A stretch of DNA of 20,000 bases, from IMG/VR virus record IMGVR_UViG_3300020166_000012. The stretch is one strand, 5' to 3'. The translations under genes were made by a program, and so were the position numbers. Under the pieces are notes generated by a model. It saw only the letters and a list, made by a program, of their open reading frames with translations, did no database searches and was not told the origin of the DNA. This DNA is from an uncultured virus (IMG/VR IMGVR_UViG_3300020166_000012) (lineage: Duplodnaviria > Heunggongvirae > Uroviricota > Caudoviricetes). Positions 7,770-16,719 of the stretch are shown here, piece after piece (position 1 is the stretch's first letter; each line of letters opens with the position of its first letter).

Positions 7770-7807
7770 GTATTATTTTTACATTAAAATACTATAATCC
7801 TGCTGAT

Positions 7808-9535
7808 TCAACTTCCTTTAAAAATATACGCCCTACCGGAGGCATTACCGTCAGCTTCACCTTCATTCTTACATCCAATTATAATATACTCTTCGGATAT
7901 GCTTACAGCTTGGCCAAAATTATCAGATACCGGTGTGTCATAATCATTGGGATTAGCTATAGTATGCAGCAATGTGCCAGTCGTCACATCATAAACATAT
8001 GCATAACCGTAGCTAGTACCTAAAGGTCCATCTTCGGCAAACGCACTAATTACAGCAAAGTTACCATCCATAGCGGCATATTGTCCGAATCTATCGTTGG
8101 CGCCAGTATCATATGCATTCGGGTTCTTTAATGTGTGTAGTAATGCTCCGGTAGTTACATTGAAAATATATGCATATCCCTCCGTTGCCCCTCCAAAATC
8201 GTCACTAGTTTCGGAAATGGTAGTGAATATTGCATAATCTCCAGACAAACATACTTGTGCCCCAATCTTATCGTTTTGTTCAGCACCGTGTGGATTAGGG
8301 TTAGCCAATGAACGAATTAAGGTTCCGGTAGTCACATTGTAGATATATACTGCGCCGACAGCACTCTCATCTGCAGAATTACGTTCATATTGTGCTGAAA
8401 CGATAGCATAATTACCATCTATATCAACCCGGTAACCAAAATTAGCACTTGCTGTTACATAAGTACCAGGATTATCTAATGTGTGTAATAATGCTCCGGT
8501 GGTTACATTAAAAATATATGCTTTCCCTTGATAAAGACCTACAGCATCATCTTCGGTGTACGCCCCAACAATTGCGTAATTACCTGATATTGCAACAGCA
8601 GCACCAAATCTATCGTAAGCGCTAGTAGCATATGCATTAGGATTAGACAGTGTGTGTAATAATGCTCCGGTGGTTACATTAAAAATATATGCATTTCCAC
8701 TTGAGTCCGACTCCCAACTAGACCCTACAATAAGATAATCGCCGTCCATGTCAATCATATCATGTGCCGAACCAAAAGCGGCCGCTCCTGCATCAGTTGG
8801 ATTAGGATTAGATATTGTACGAAGCAATGTTCCGGTAGTCACATTGTAGATATATATTTTGCCTGTATTGGTATAGCCAGCTTCATCTTCGCCAGTCGCA
8901 ACAATTGCAGCAAGATCGCCAGACTGAGCAATAGCACCGCCGAAGGAGTCGCCTGTTACCGTATCATATGAATTTGGATTATCTAATGTTTGTGTAAGCG
9001 TAATAGCATTAAAGCTGACTCCAAAAGATAATGTAAAGTCGCTAACCGCACTGACAACACCAGTTGCCCCATCAGTAACACTAAATGTAATACTAAATTC
9101 TCCAGCATTAGCAGTATCTGTGCTTGGCGTGATGGTGAACACATTATCTGTTTGGGATACTGTGGCTGTACTACCTAGAGATCCAGTAGTAACTGCATAA
9201 CTCCAGGTGAGAGGGAAGCCTTCCGGATCATTTGATATCGCTGTAATTACAGTTGCCGTTCCATCACTAGCTAACGCATATGCAGATTCAACACCAGAAA
9301 TTGTGGTAGGTTGAGCGTTTTCGACTGTTGCAACTAAATACCAACCAGCACCATTATATAAGTATAAGTTATTATTTGATTGTACAAATGCTTGATCGCC
9401 AACTGCCATTCCGGTTTTCGCAATCAAGGCATCCATATCTGCTAAGGTACTAACACTAGCAGCTACATACTGCGATCTAATATTCGTAGAGCTTCCCAAT
9501 AGCCTCGCAAGGTTCATTCCGTTTGATATTGGCAT
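7808..9535 (-). CDS. Putative virion appendage/adhesin with an FG-GAP-like beta-propeller
   Basis: Shared N-terminal module, then about seven repeats of D-x-FG-x-(A/R)V-x-I-x-G-x-YAIVGA...G-x-AYIFNVTTG-x-LLHTL-x-NP. Confidence 0.7.
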   Translation of the reverse strand: MPISNGMNLARLLGSSTNIRSQYVAASVSTLADMDALIAKTGMAVGDQAFVQSNNNLYLYNGAGWYLVATVENAQPTTISGVESAYALASDGTATVITAISNDPEGFPLTWSYAVTTGSLGSTATVSQTDNVFTITPSTDTANAGEFSITFSVTDGATGVVSAVSDFTLSFGVSFNAITLTQTLDNPNSYDTVTGDSFGGAIAQSGDLAAIVATGEDEAGYTNTGKIYIYNVTTGTLLRTISNPNPTDAGAAAFGSAHDMIDMDGDYLIVGSSWESDSSGNAYIFNVTTGALLHTLSNPNAYATSAYDRFGAAVAISGNYAIVGAYTEDDAVGLYQGKAYIFNVTTGALLHTLDNPGTYVTASANFGYRVDIDGNYAIVSAQYERNSADESAVGAVYIYNVTTGTLIRSLANPNPHGAEQNDKIGAQVCLSGDYAIFTTISETSDDFGGATEGYAYIFNVTTGALLHTLKNPNAYDTGANDRFGQYAAMDGNFAVISAFAEDGPLGTSYGYAYVYDVTTGTLLHTIANPNDYDTPVSDNFGQAVSISEEYIIIGCKNEGEADGNASGRAYIFKGS

Positions 9536-9563
9536 TGCTTAAATCCTCATGCATCTTTATTAG

Positions 9564-9571
9564 TATTTATA
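9564..9571 (-). promoter_or_regulatory. T4-type late promoter
   Basis: TATAAATA(CTAATAA), 28 nt upstream of ATG 9535. Confidence 0.85.
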
Positions 9572-9591
9572 CTGCATTTATACATTAAATA

Positions 9592-10917
9592 CTATAATCC
9601 TGTGCTGTATTGGTAGACGGCATCAGCGGCATAGCCAATAATATACATCTTAGAGTCATCAGGTTTGAAGGTTATTCCGCACGGACTACCATCCTGACTA
9701 GTTACGTCAAGGCTAGCATCATCGTATGAAGCGGTGCTTATATCAAAAGGGGTTGAAAGAGAATATTGGAATACTCTGTTGTTGCTTTGTCCGACTATAT
9801 ACATCTTAGTACCATCAGCGTTGAAGGCTAATCCATCAGGGGCGGGATCCTGACTAGCCACACTAAAGCTAACATTGTCGTATGACGCTGTATTTAGATT
9901 CCACCCTGATGATAGGGAGTATTGGTATACAGTGTCATTGTCTCTACCAAGGATATACATCTTAGAGCCATTAGTGTTGAACCATATTCCAAACGGAGTC
10001 CCATCCTGCTGATCTACTGTAAAGCTAACATTGTCGTATGACGCTGTATTTAGATTCCACCCTGATGATAGGGAGTATTGGTACACTGAGTCGGGGTTGT
10101 TGGTACCAACCATATACATCTTAGAGCCATTATAGTTGAAGGCTATCGACCTGGGGTAGGTGTTCTGCTGATCTACTCTAAAGCTAACATTGTCGTATGA
10201 CGCTGTATTTACATTCCACGACGATGTCAAGCTATATTGGTATACCGAGCTAGGGTTGTTGGTACCAAGGATATACATCTTAGTCCCAGCAGTGTTGAAG
10301 CGTATGCCAAAAGGGGAAGTAGTCTGACTAGCTACGCTAAAGCTCTTGTTATCGTATACCGCTTGAGATATATCGATACCAAAAGCTAATGTAAAGGCAC
10401 TAACCGCACTGACAACACCAGTTGCTCCGTCAGTAACACTAAACGTGATACTAAATTCTCCGGCATTAGCCTCATCTGTACTAGGGGTAATGGTGAACAC
10501 ATTGTCCGTTTGAGATATAGAAGCGGTTGAACCCAATGAACCCGTAGTAACGGCATAACTCCAGGTGAGAGGGAATCCATCTGGATCGGTCGATATCGCT
10601 GTAATTGTTGTTGCTGTTCCATCACTGGCTAATTCATACGCGGATTCAACACCAGAAATTGCGGTAGGTTGAGCGTTTTCAACTGTTGCAACTAAATACC
10701 AACCAGCACCATTGTACAAGTACAATTTATTGTTTTCTTGTACATATGCTTGATCGCCAACTGCCATTCCGGTTTTCGCAATCAAGTCGTTTAGGTTTAC
10801 AAAGCTGCTAGTAGTAGATCCAGATTCAACTGTTAATCTATTATTGGGAATATTGCCTCGCAAATCTCCACTAGTCGCAAGAAGATCTGCTAAATTGCGC
10901 ATTGGTGATCGTGGCAT
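9592..10917 (-). CDS. Putative virion appendage/adhesin with a ~52-aa-repeat beta-propeller
   Basis: Shared N-terminal module, then five repeats of SF-x-V-x2-Q...P-x-GI-x-FN-x2-G(T/S)KMYI-x-G...VYQYSL...TASYD. Confidence 0.7.
   Translation of the reverse strand: MPRSPMRNLADLLATSGDLRGNIPNNRLTVESGSTTSSFVNLNDLIAKTGMAVGDQAYVQENNKLYLYNGAGWYLVATVENAQPTAISGVESAYELASDGTATTITAISTDPDGFPLTWSYAVTTGSLGSTASISQTDNVFTITPSTDEANAGEFSITFSVTDGATGVVSAVSAFTLAFGIDISQAVYDNKSFSVASQTTSPFGIRFNTAGTKMYILGTNNPSSVYQYSLTSSWNVNTASYDNVSFRVDQQNTYPRSIAFNYNGSKMYMVGTNNPDSVYQYSLSSGWNLNTASYDNVSFTVDQQDGTPFGIWFNTNGSKMYILGRDNDTVYQYSLSSGWNLNTASYDNVSFSVASQDPAPDGLAFNADGTKMYIVGQSNNRVFQYSLSTPFDISTASYDDASLDVTSQDGSPCGITFKPDDSKMYIIGYAADAVYQYSTGL
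9864..10211. repeat. Intragenic direct repeats (propeller blades), period 156/159 nt
   Basis: 64 bp are identical at 9864-9927 and 10020-10083. The first 33 bp occur again at 10179-10211. Confidence 0.9.
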
Positions 10918-10950
10918 ATTATTGTCCTATTTTAATATATGTAATTAGTA

Positions 10951-11250
10951 TTATCCAATCCACACTTGAGTTGGTCCCACCTCGGCCTCGGCAGCAGTAT
11001 CTCCCCCAATAAAGGGGGAGATAATTGGGGCAAAATTAATTGCTATATGGCTTTCACTATCAATTATTTCTAGTTGATTAACGCCAATCAACGATAAAAC
11101 ACTTGCGCCTAGTGTACTAGAATCCAGCTCCACAAAAGTAGATGTTGTTTTTGTTTGACCTGATAATAATATAGTAGATCCAAAAGAATCATCTGATAAA
11201 TCGAAGGGACTTGCAAGTGACCCCGAATCTCCATAAGGTATCCATGTCAT
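10951..11250 (-). CDS. Hypothetical acidic protein, 99 aa
   Basis: ATG lies 5 nt after the upstream stop and the ORF fills the gap in the operon; no recognisable motif. Confidence 0.6.
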   Translation of the reverse strand: MTWIPYGDSGSLASPFDLSDDSFGSTILLSGQTKTTSTFVELDSSTLGASVLSLIGVNQLEIIDSESHIAINFAPIISPFIGGDTAAEAEVGPTQVWIG

Positions 11251-11255
11251 ATTTC

Positions 11256-12380
11256 TTACTCTGACCTAAAAGCTCGAACACCAAACATGTTGGGCTGGTA
11301 TTGTAGCGTATATTTTGCACCAGAATCGTCATATATAATTTCACTTTGCTTGGTTTGAGTTCCCATTGCAAGATACGACGTATTCGTCCGCTCAACTGGC
11401 TCGTAATAATAAAATCCAGCCAGAGTTGTAAACGGTATGCCACGATACGGATTAAAATACATTGCTGGTACCAAAGCACCTACTTTAAGTCCATCACCAT
11501 TAAAAATAGGCTTATAATTATAACTGGTACTATAGTTATTGGATGAGTTGTAGTAATACCCAGGGCCCAGCGCCATTGGCGCGTCGTTGCCTGTGAATGC
11601 CCCCGTACCGGTATATTGAATATTATTAGCATTGACGTAATCATACGGGCCATCATCACCATTAGGCCAAGATCCATGCAATGAATGTGTAAAATAATCG
11701 TGGTAACTGTTAGTGGTACTGGTACCAAAATAATATGATGAGTTATTACTACCGCTATAAAATCCTACCGCCGGAAAAAATGCATTCCCCGTACCTAAAT
11801 ATGATGCTGGCACACTCTGTAATTCGCTAACCCCAGCAAAATTATTATGAAAACCGCTTCGGCCCCCGTCATGTTCAAACCACAAATAAGCATAGTCAGC
11901 AGTGCAAGAAAAATGCCACGTCAAACTTGACTGATATATGCCGCTATTAGGCATCCACATCTGAGCGTTACTGGAAGTAGCATTGCTGCTACTATATGAC
12001 ATGTTTCCTTCATATCTTGCGGTTGCCCCATCATATGCTTTAAAACTACATTTCAATGCACCATAATAACTCTGCCCTCCATTGTTTGGACTATTTGTAA
12101 TCACCCTAAAGCTTTTTTGATAACCAGCCTTATTAGTTGGTGAATTTATTTGAATAACACCGGCCCAGTTACTGTAGGTATTTGATGCTGAAGTAGTAGA
12201 ACTATCAACCGTCCACCCCCCGGCTTCAGTATTGCTAACAACCTGGAACATTGTAGTTCCTGCTGGCTGTGATATACTGGCCCCAGCAGAAGCAGCTGCA
12301 ACTGCTCGTATGGTTTCAACCATACCTTTCATACCATAGCCATTGCTACTGCTGGAAGAGACTTTAAATCTTACATACAT
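11256..12380 (-). CDS. Hypothetical S/N/G/Y-rich protein, probably virion structural
   Basis: 374-aa ORF tightly coupled to the upstream gene (TAG-G-ATG); distant similarity to its upstream neighbour. Confidence 0.7.
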   Translation of the reverse strand: MYVRFKVSSSSSNGYGMKGMVETIRAVAAASAGASISQPAGTTMFQVVSNTEAGGWTVDSSTTSASNTYSNWAGVIQINSPTNKAGYQKSFRVITNSPNNGGQSYYGALKCSFKAYDGATARYEGNMSYSSSNATSSNAQMWMPNSGIYQSSLTWHFSCTADYAYLWFEHDGGRSGFHNNFAGVSELQSVPASYLGTGNAFFPAVGFYSGSNNSSYYFGTSTTNSYHDYFTHSLHGSWPNGDDGPYDYVNANNIQYTGTGAFTGNDAPMALGPGYYYNSSNNYSTSYNYKPIFNGDGLKVGALVPAMYFNPYRGIPFTTLAGFYYYEPVERTNTSYLAMGTQTKQSEIIYDDSGAKYTLQYQPNMFGVRAFRSE

Positions 12381-12381
12381 C

Positions 12382-13473
12382 CTAGTTACCCCCTACAGTT
12401 GTAGGAATTAAATAACACATATTTTGTATATTATTTGATGATCCCCAGCTTGATCCAGTTTTATATACATTCCAAACAGCATATTGGGTGCCATCATGTG
12501 TAATAAGCGAACCTGGCGCAGCGATATCATCTGTTGTTCTATAAAGAGTCTTCATTCTTCCATTAAACGGATAGGAGGCCGTATCATGGTTGAAGTGAGG
12601 GTCGGCATATACTGGTATTAATTGATGAATATGTCCGGTAGACGTTCTAAGGGGATATACATTCCTAACGGGGACTGGGTTTAAGCTCATATAAAACTGG
12701 TTATCGGTAAAATTAACTCCTCGATGATAAGAGCCACTGATGTTTGTCGAGGCCTGCTCAGACTGACTGGGATTTAGATATGTCGAGGCTCCAACCCAAA
12801 ACATTTCATAGGTGGTCGAGTCTACGTTTGGAGTATTCCATATACTGGTGCGCATATGCGACCCCATGCTAACAAACGGCCCGTGTTTACCTGAGCCTAT
12901 GGTATCGTATTGATATTCGTTAGCAGCGCTAGCATCGTACCCAAAAGTCCCTAGGGTTGTCATGTAGCTACCATTATATATCTGTATTACAAATGAGTGT
13001 TTGTTGGCCCAAATTAATGTTGTTTCTTGAGGCCAATTGGGAAAATACTTCCGATTAGCGGTTGTGTCTACTGCATAATAACCAGTTGAGTTATAGGGTT
13101 GCAGGTTACCTCCAGTGCCATTTCCTGCCCTAAATCGCAACCCATAAGTGCCTGTGGTTACCCACAATTTGTGATTGCTACTATAATTATAACTTGCTGA
13201 TCTTTCAGCATGGTTAAATTTAAATTGGATATAATTGTCGCTTCCGTTGGAGGTATTGGCCGCTGTGACGACATCGGTAAATGAGTCTGTGCCATCATTT
13301 GTTGTTGGCTTGGAACCAATAATCTGACAAGCACCCTGGTTAAAATATGTAGTACTTAAACTACTAGTTGATGTCCACGTCCCGTCAAGGATATTTCCGA
13401 TTGTCTCCGTCCATTCTTTCCACGCAGTGGCCGAATTGGAAGCAGACGGATTTGCAACTAATTTAATAAACAT
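12382..13473 (-). CDS. Hypothetical T/S/N/G-rich protein (363 aa, MFIKLVAN...), probably virion structural
   Basis: Start reassigned to ATG 13473, which has SD GGAG in GGAGACTAAT-ATG and follows the upstream stop at 13477-13475. Confidence 0.7.
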   Translation of the reverse strand: MFIKLVANPSASNSATAWKEWTETIGNILDGTWTSTSSLSTTYFNQGACQIIGSKPTTNDGTDSFTDVVTAANTSNGSDNYIQFKFNHAERSASYNYSSNHKLWVTTGTYGLRFRAGNGTGGNLQPYNSTGYYAVDTTANRKYFPNWPQETTLIWANKHSFVIQIYNGSYMTTLGTFGYDASAANEYQYDTIGSGKHGPFVSMGSHMRTSIWNTPNVDSTTYEMFWVGASTYLNPSQSEQASTNISGSYHRGVNFTDNQFYMSLNPVPVRNVYPLRTSTGHIHQLIPVYADPHFNHDTASYPFNGRMKTLYRTTDDIAAPGSLITHDGTQYAVWNVYKTGSSWGSSNNIQNMCYLIPTTVGGN

Positions 13474-13474
13474 A

Positions 13475-13777
13475 TTAGTCTCCAAGCCCCGGGTTAATAT
13501 AATTTTGAGGATCATTAATAGTGGGAGATGCTCCCTCATCTGTCCCAACAAAAACATATACTCTTTGTGATACATTATCTGCATGCTGGCCAGAAAATTC
13601 TACCATACCAATATGATCTTGAATTCGAGATTCGCTATTCGAATCATTATACAGATATTCAGAGGCGTCTCTTCGATCCATCATTAAATGATACACGTGT
13701 TTTTCATGATCTGGCCAAAGGTCAGAATCACCAGTTGAGGTAGCGATAAATTGTGCTTCGATTTCTGTTATAGCCAA
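13475..13777 (-). CDS. Hypothetical acidic protein, 100 aa (TTG start)
   Basis: SD GGAG lies 7 nt before TTG 13777; first gene after the late promoter at 13837-13844. Confidence 0.65.
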   Translation of the reverse strand: MAITEIEAQFIATSTGDSDLWPDHEKHVYHLMMDRRDASEYLYNDSNSESRIQDHIGMVEFSGQHADNVSQRVYVFVGTDEGASPTINDPQNYINPGLGD

Positions 13778-13836
13778 TGTTCTTCTCCGTTCGTATTACG
13801 TGGTAATGATACTTACATCATTAAATTTTCTATTAG

Positions 13837-13844
13837 TATTTATA
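13837..13844 (-). promoter_or_regulatory. T4-type late promoter
   Basis: TATAAATA(CTAATA), directly after the stop of the 562-aa gene. Confidence 0.85.
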
Positions 13845-15533
13845 TTAACTTAAATTGTATAAAAACTGAACATTTAAGTCAGCTCCGGTATTTGTCGAAC
13901 CAATGGTCGTAACATCCAGTGTTAAATAATCACCGGCAACCATCGAAAATGATGTGTTGTTAGTTGCACTAAGAGCTGCTGCTGTTATCTCAGTTGTCGA
14001 AGCAGCAGCGCCATTTTTGTTAGCTACCACAGTGACTGTGGCATCAGCCGCTGTTCCTAATCGCGCAACAACTGAATTCATTGTTAAATCTGCTGGAGCG
14101 TACCACCGGACAGTTCCTGTTGTTACTGTCAGTGTACCCGCTTGACTCAATGCAAGAGAATATGGTGTTGCTGCTGCGGCTGTTTGCCTAGCGCTGACAT
14201 AATCGCTATCAATTAATGCAGCAATTCCTACTTCATCTACACCAGCAGTATTTTCTAACCAAGTAGTGCCATCCCAAACATAAATTGTTTGAGTATTTTT
14301 AGCATACACCAAATCTCCAACACTGTTATTTGATAGTGGCAAGTATGATGCATCATCAACAACTTCCACCGAAGCTACGATAGCAGTACCGTCCGCAGCA
14401 ACTAGGGTAGCAGTACCCGCAACTTCTTGAATTTTATTCTTAAACGAAGGGGTACGTTCTACATAAGTCGCCAAATCTTGAGGAACAAACTTTTGTGTTG
14501 CTGCATCAAAGACAATACACATTTGATCTGACAATTCTGGTACTGGTCTAATTTCAGCTGGGTTTTTCATGCCCTCTTGACCGTGTTGCAAATACAAAAC
14601 AGGACGGCCGTTATTACTAACTTCTACTTCAAGATCTTTAACAGAAATCTCTCCACGCATGTTTGAGTGGTTACCACATTGATAGTAGAGCGTATCAGGA
14701 GTAGAAGCATCAACAACAATAGTTAATGATCCAGTATCAGATCTTGAATTTGTTACACCTGTTGTGTACTCGTAGTTATATTGACCCGACACAAAGTTTG
14801 TGCCGTTGTCTGTAGTAAGATATAAAGGGTGCCCTGAAGCATTCACGCTGAATGTATATGTACCGCCCCTGTACATCGGCCCTAAGTTAGGATTCATACC
14901 ATGGGCTGCACCCATAAACATATATTTCCCAGCAGAATGTGATACGTTATATGTTATATTGGGCGCTGTCAGTTGAGCTGGCGTCGGAATTGAAAATGCA
15001 TCTGAATCGGGAACACTAACTAAAAGACGTTGTACTTGTGTACTGGCACCACCATTAATAGAAGAAATATTATCTGTAGCAGTAGTATATGTTACCCACG
15101 GTACTAAGTTATCGCTACCAGCACCATCTATCCATTTTAAAAATAAACTATGTGGCTGATCGTTTGAATCACCGCCCACAGCCCAAGAATCTGAATCAAA
15201 TTTAGAATAATTATTGATAGTGTAAGTGCCCTTTTTATACAAAGGCACAGTAGTTTGAGCTTGGTTTGTAATTGGAATACGAGCATACGGAAGAGCAGAT
15301 CTTGTCCATGTCCAAAGCCAGGACATATCTTGTCCAGGCCCACTACTAACTGTTTGTATTTCAAGTGTTTCTGGATTGACTACCAAATCAACATCGCTTA
15401 AGCTAGATACTGACAAATCATCCAATGATTGATCAAGACTACTCGATCGCAGAGAAACGACTCCATCTGCGTCCCTAGCAAGCAATCCTGCCGGGCCAAA
15501 TAATTTAGCTAATCCTCTAGCTCTAGATGCCAT
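13845..15533 (-). CDS. Putative virion fibre/appendage protein with a cupredoxin-like domain
   Basis: MASRARGLAKL N-terminus; YRGGTYTFSVNASGHPLY...PDTLYYQCGNHSNMRG; GDLVYAKNTQTIYVWDGTTW; C-terminal beta-rich AGDYLTLDVTTIGS domain. Confidence 0.65.
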   Translation of the reverse strand: MASRARGLAKLFGPAGLLARDADGVVSLRSSSLDQSLDDLSVSSLSDVDLVVNPETLEIQTVSSGPGQDMSWLWTWTRSALPYARIPITNQAQTTVPLYKKGTYTINNYSKFDSDSWAVGGDSNDQPHSLFLKWIDGAGSDNLVPWVTYTTATDNISSINGGASTQVQRLLVSVPDSDAFSIPTPAQLTAPNITYNVSHSAGKYMFMGAAHGMNPNLGPMYRGGTYTFSVNASGHPLYLTTDNGTNFVSGQYNYEYTTGVTNSRSDTGSLTIVVDASTPDTLYYQCGNHSNMRGEISVKDLEVEVSNNGRPVLYLQHGQEGMKNPAEIRPVPELSDQMCIVFDAATQKFVPQDLATYVERTPSFKNKIQEVAGTATLVAADGTAIVASVEVVDDASYLPLSNNSVGDLVYAKNTQTIYVWDGTTWLENTAGVDEVGIAALIDSDYVSARQTAAAATPYSLALSQAGTLTVTTGTVRWYAPADLTMNSVVARLGTAADATVTVVANKNGAAASTTEITAAALSATNNTSFSMVAGDYLTLDVTTIGSTNTGADLNVQFLYNLS

Positions 15534-15560
15534 TTTAAACCTCGATATGTGTAATAATAT

Positions 15561-15568
15561 TATTTATA
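15561..15568 (-). promoter_or_regulatory. T4-type late promoter
   Basis: TATAAATA, 27 nt upstream of ATG 15533; SD GAGG follows. Confidence 0.85.
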
Positions 15569-15625
15569 GTATATAATTTTTTAACTTGCTAAATATGCAA
15601 GTATTTCTATGTTATTTACATCTTT

Positions 15626-16699
15626 TTAAACTTGATGGCCAGTGCCTATAGCGGATCCTGTACTAAAGGATGAGGCAATATTGGTCGCATCACCATCAGA
15701 AGCAAAAGAAAATTTATTTGTTGTACTAAAAGTAACATATCCGTCAGTGGCTGAATTTTGGGAAGAAGCTACGTAATTGCCAAATGTCAAGTCGCCAATA
15801 TTAGATGCATTTGCATCAGCAGCAAAAGGAAACTTTTGGATCCCGGTGGTTCCGACGCTCCCTGCTTGGCCCGAAACATATCCATTTTCTAAACTAGAAT
15901 TACCTGTCGAATAGCCTGTATTGCCCGTTAAATCACCAACGTCCGTTGCATTACCGTCAGATGCAAAAGGAAATTTGTCAATAACATTGGCGCTATATCC
16001 GCCGGCTCTATAACCATGTGTTGTTGACGCTTGCCCTGTTGCGGTGTAAGCAGTTGTAGTTAAATCGCCAACGTCCGTTGCGTTACCATCAGCTGCAAAA
16101 GAAAATTTGTCAATTATATTAGAAATAGCCGGTACAGCAACACCACCAGAAGTATATCCTGATACTGTAGATGATGAGCCGGAACCGGAGCGGCGCGCAA
16201 CAGTTAAATCGCCCACGTCGCTAGAGCTATTAGCAAGTGGGAAAGAAAACTTTTGGATAACATTCTGAGTACCGTATACAGGCCCTGATGAATAACCATT
16301 TTCTCTGCTAGAATTTGCCGCCGCATCGCCGGAAGTGTATGTTAATGCAGTTGGTCCTACACTCGTAGTAGTTTCAGACGCAAATGGATATATATCAATG
16401 CCTGATTGATTACCACCCCCAGCGGAATATCCATAGCTAGAACCTTGCATCTGACTAATAGTGGGCCCAACAGGAAATTCATCCATTTGTGCCCAACCAC
16501 TAGCACCTCTATAAATCTTAAAGCTACCAGTATCAATCTGATATGCTTGAGTACCAATAGGTACTACAGTGAGTGCTAATGCATCCGAATCAGCATAACT
16601 ATCTACGCCGGTCAAATCGCCAAGATTAGCAATGTCAGCAATATCCAGTGTTGACGAGGTGCCCATCAAACCACCTAAATTTCTAGCTCTTGATACCAT
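15626..16699 (-). CDS. Kelch-like 6-repeat beta-propeller protein, paralogue 4 (most degenerate)
   Basis: GY-x2-GG...IDKF(P/S)FA-x-DGNATDVGDLT repeats, with the outer repeats degenerate; ends GHQV. Confidence 0.75.
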   Translation of the reverse strand: MVSRARNLGGLMGTSSTLDIADIANLGDLTGVDSYADSDALALTVVPIGTQAYQIDTGSFKIYRGASGWAQMDEFPVGPTISQMQGSSYGYSAGGGNQSGIDIYPFASETTTSVGPTALTYTSGDAAANSSRENGYSSGPVYGTQNVIQKFSFPLANSSSDVGDLTVARRSGSGSSSTVSGYTSGGVAVPAISNIIDKFSFAADGNATDVGDLTTTAYTATGQASTTHGYRAGGYSANVIDKFPFASDGNATDVGDLTGNTGYSTGNSSLENGYVSGQAGSVGTTGIQKFPFAADANASNIGDLTFGNYVASSQNSATDGYVTFSTTNKFSFASDGDATNIASSFSTGSAIGTGHQV

Positions 16700-16719
16700 T
16701 TTAAACCTTTTTATATCTT

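Noticed and set aside
10944..10954. Late promoter for the 9592..10917 gene
   Set aside because: It reads ATAATACTAAT, which resembles the extended motif but lacks the TATAAATA octamer, so it was not called.
13474..13584. N-terminal 37 aa of the 400-aa ORF call
   Set aside because: This stretch overlaps the upstream gene. ATG 13473 has a good SD and matches the N-terminus of the paralogue.
15584..15602. Rho-independent terminator (ACTTGC-7nt-GCAAGT)
   Set aside because: The stem is only 6 bp and is followed by an A-run rather than a U-tract on the coding strand.
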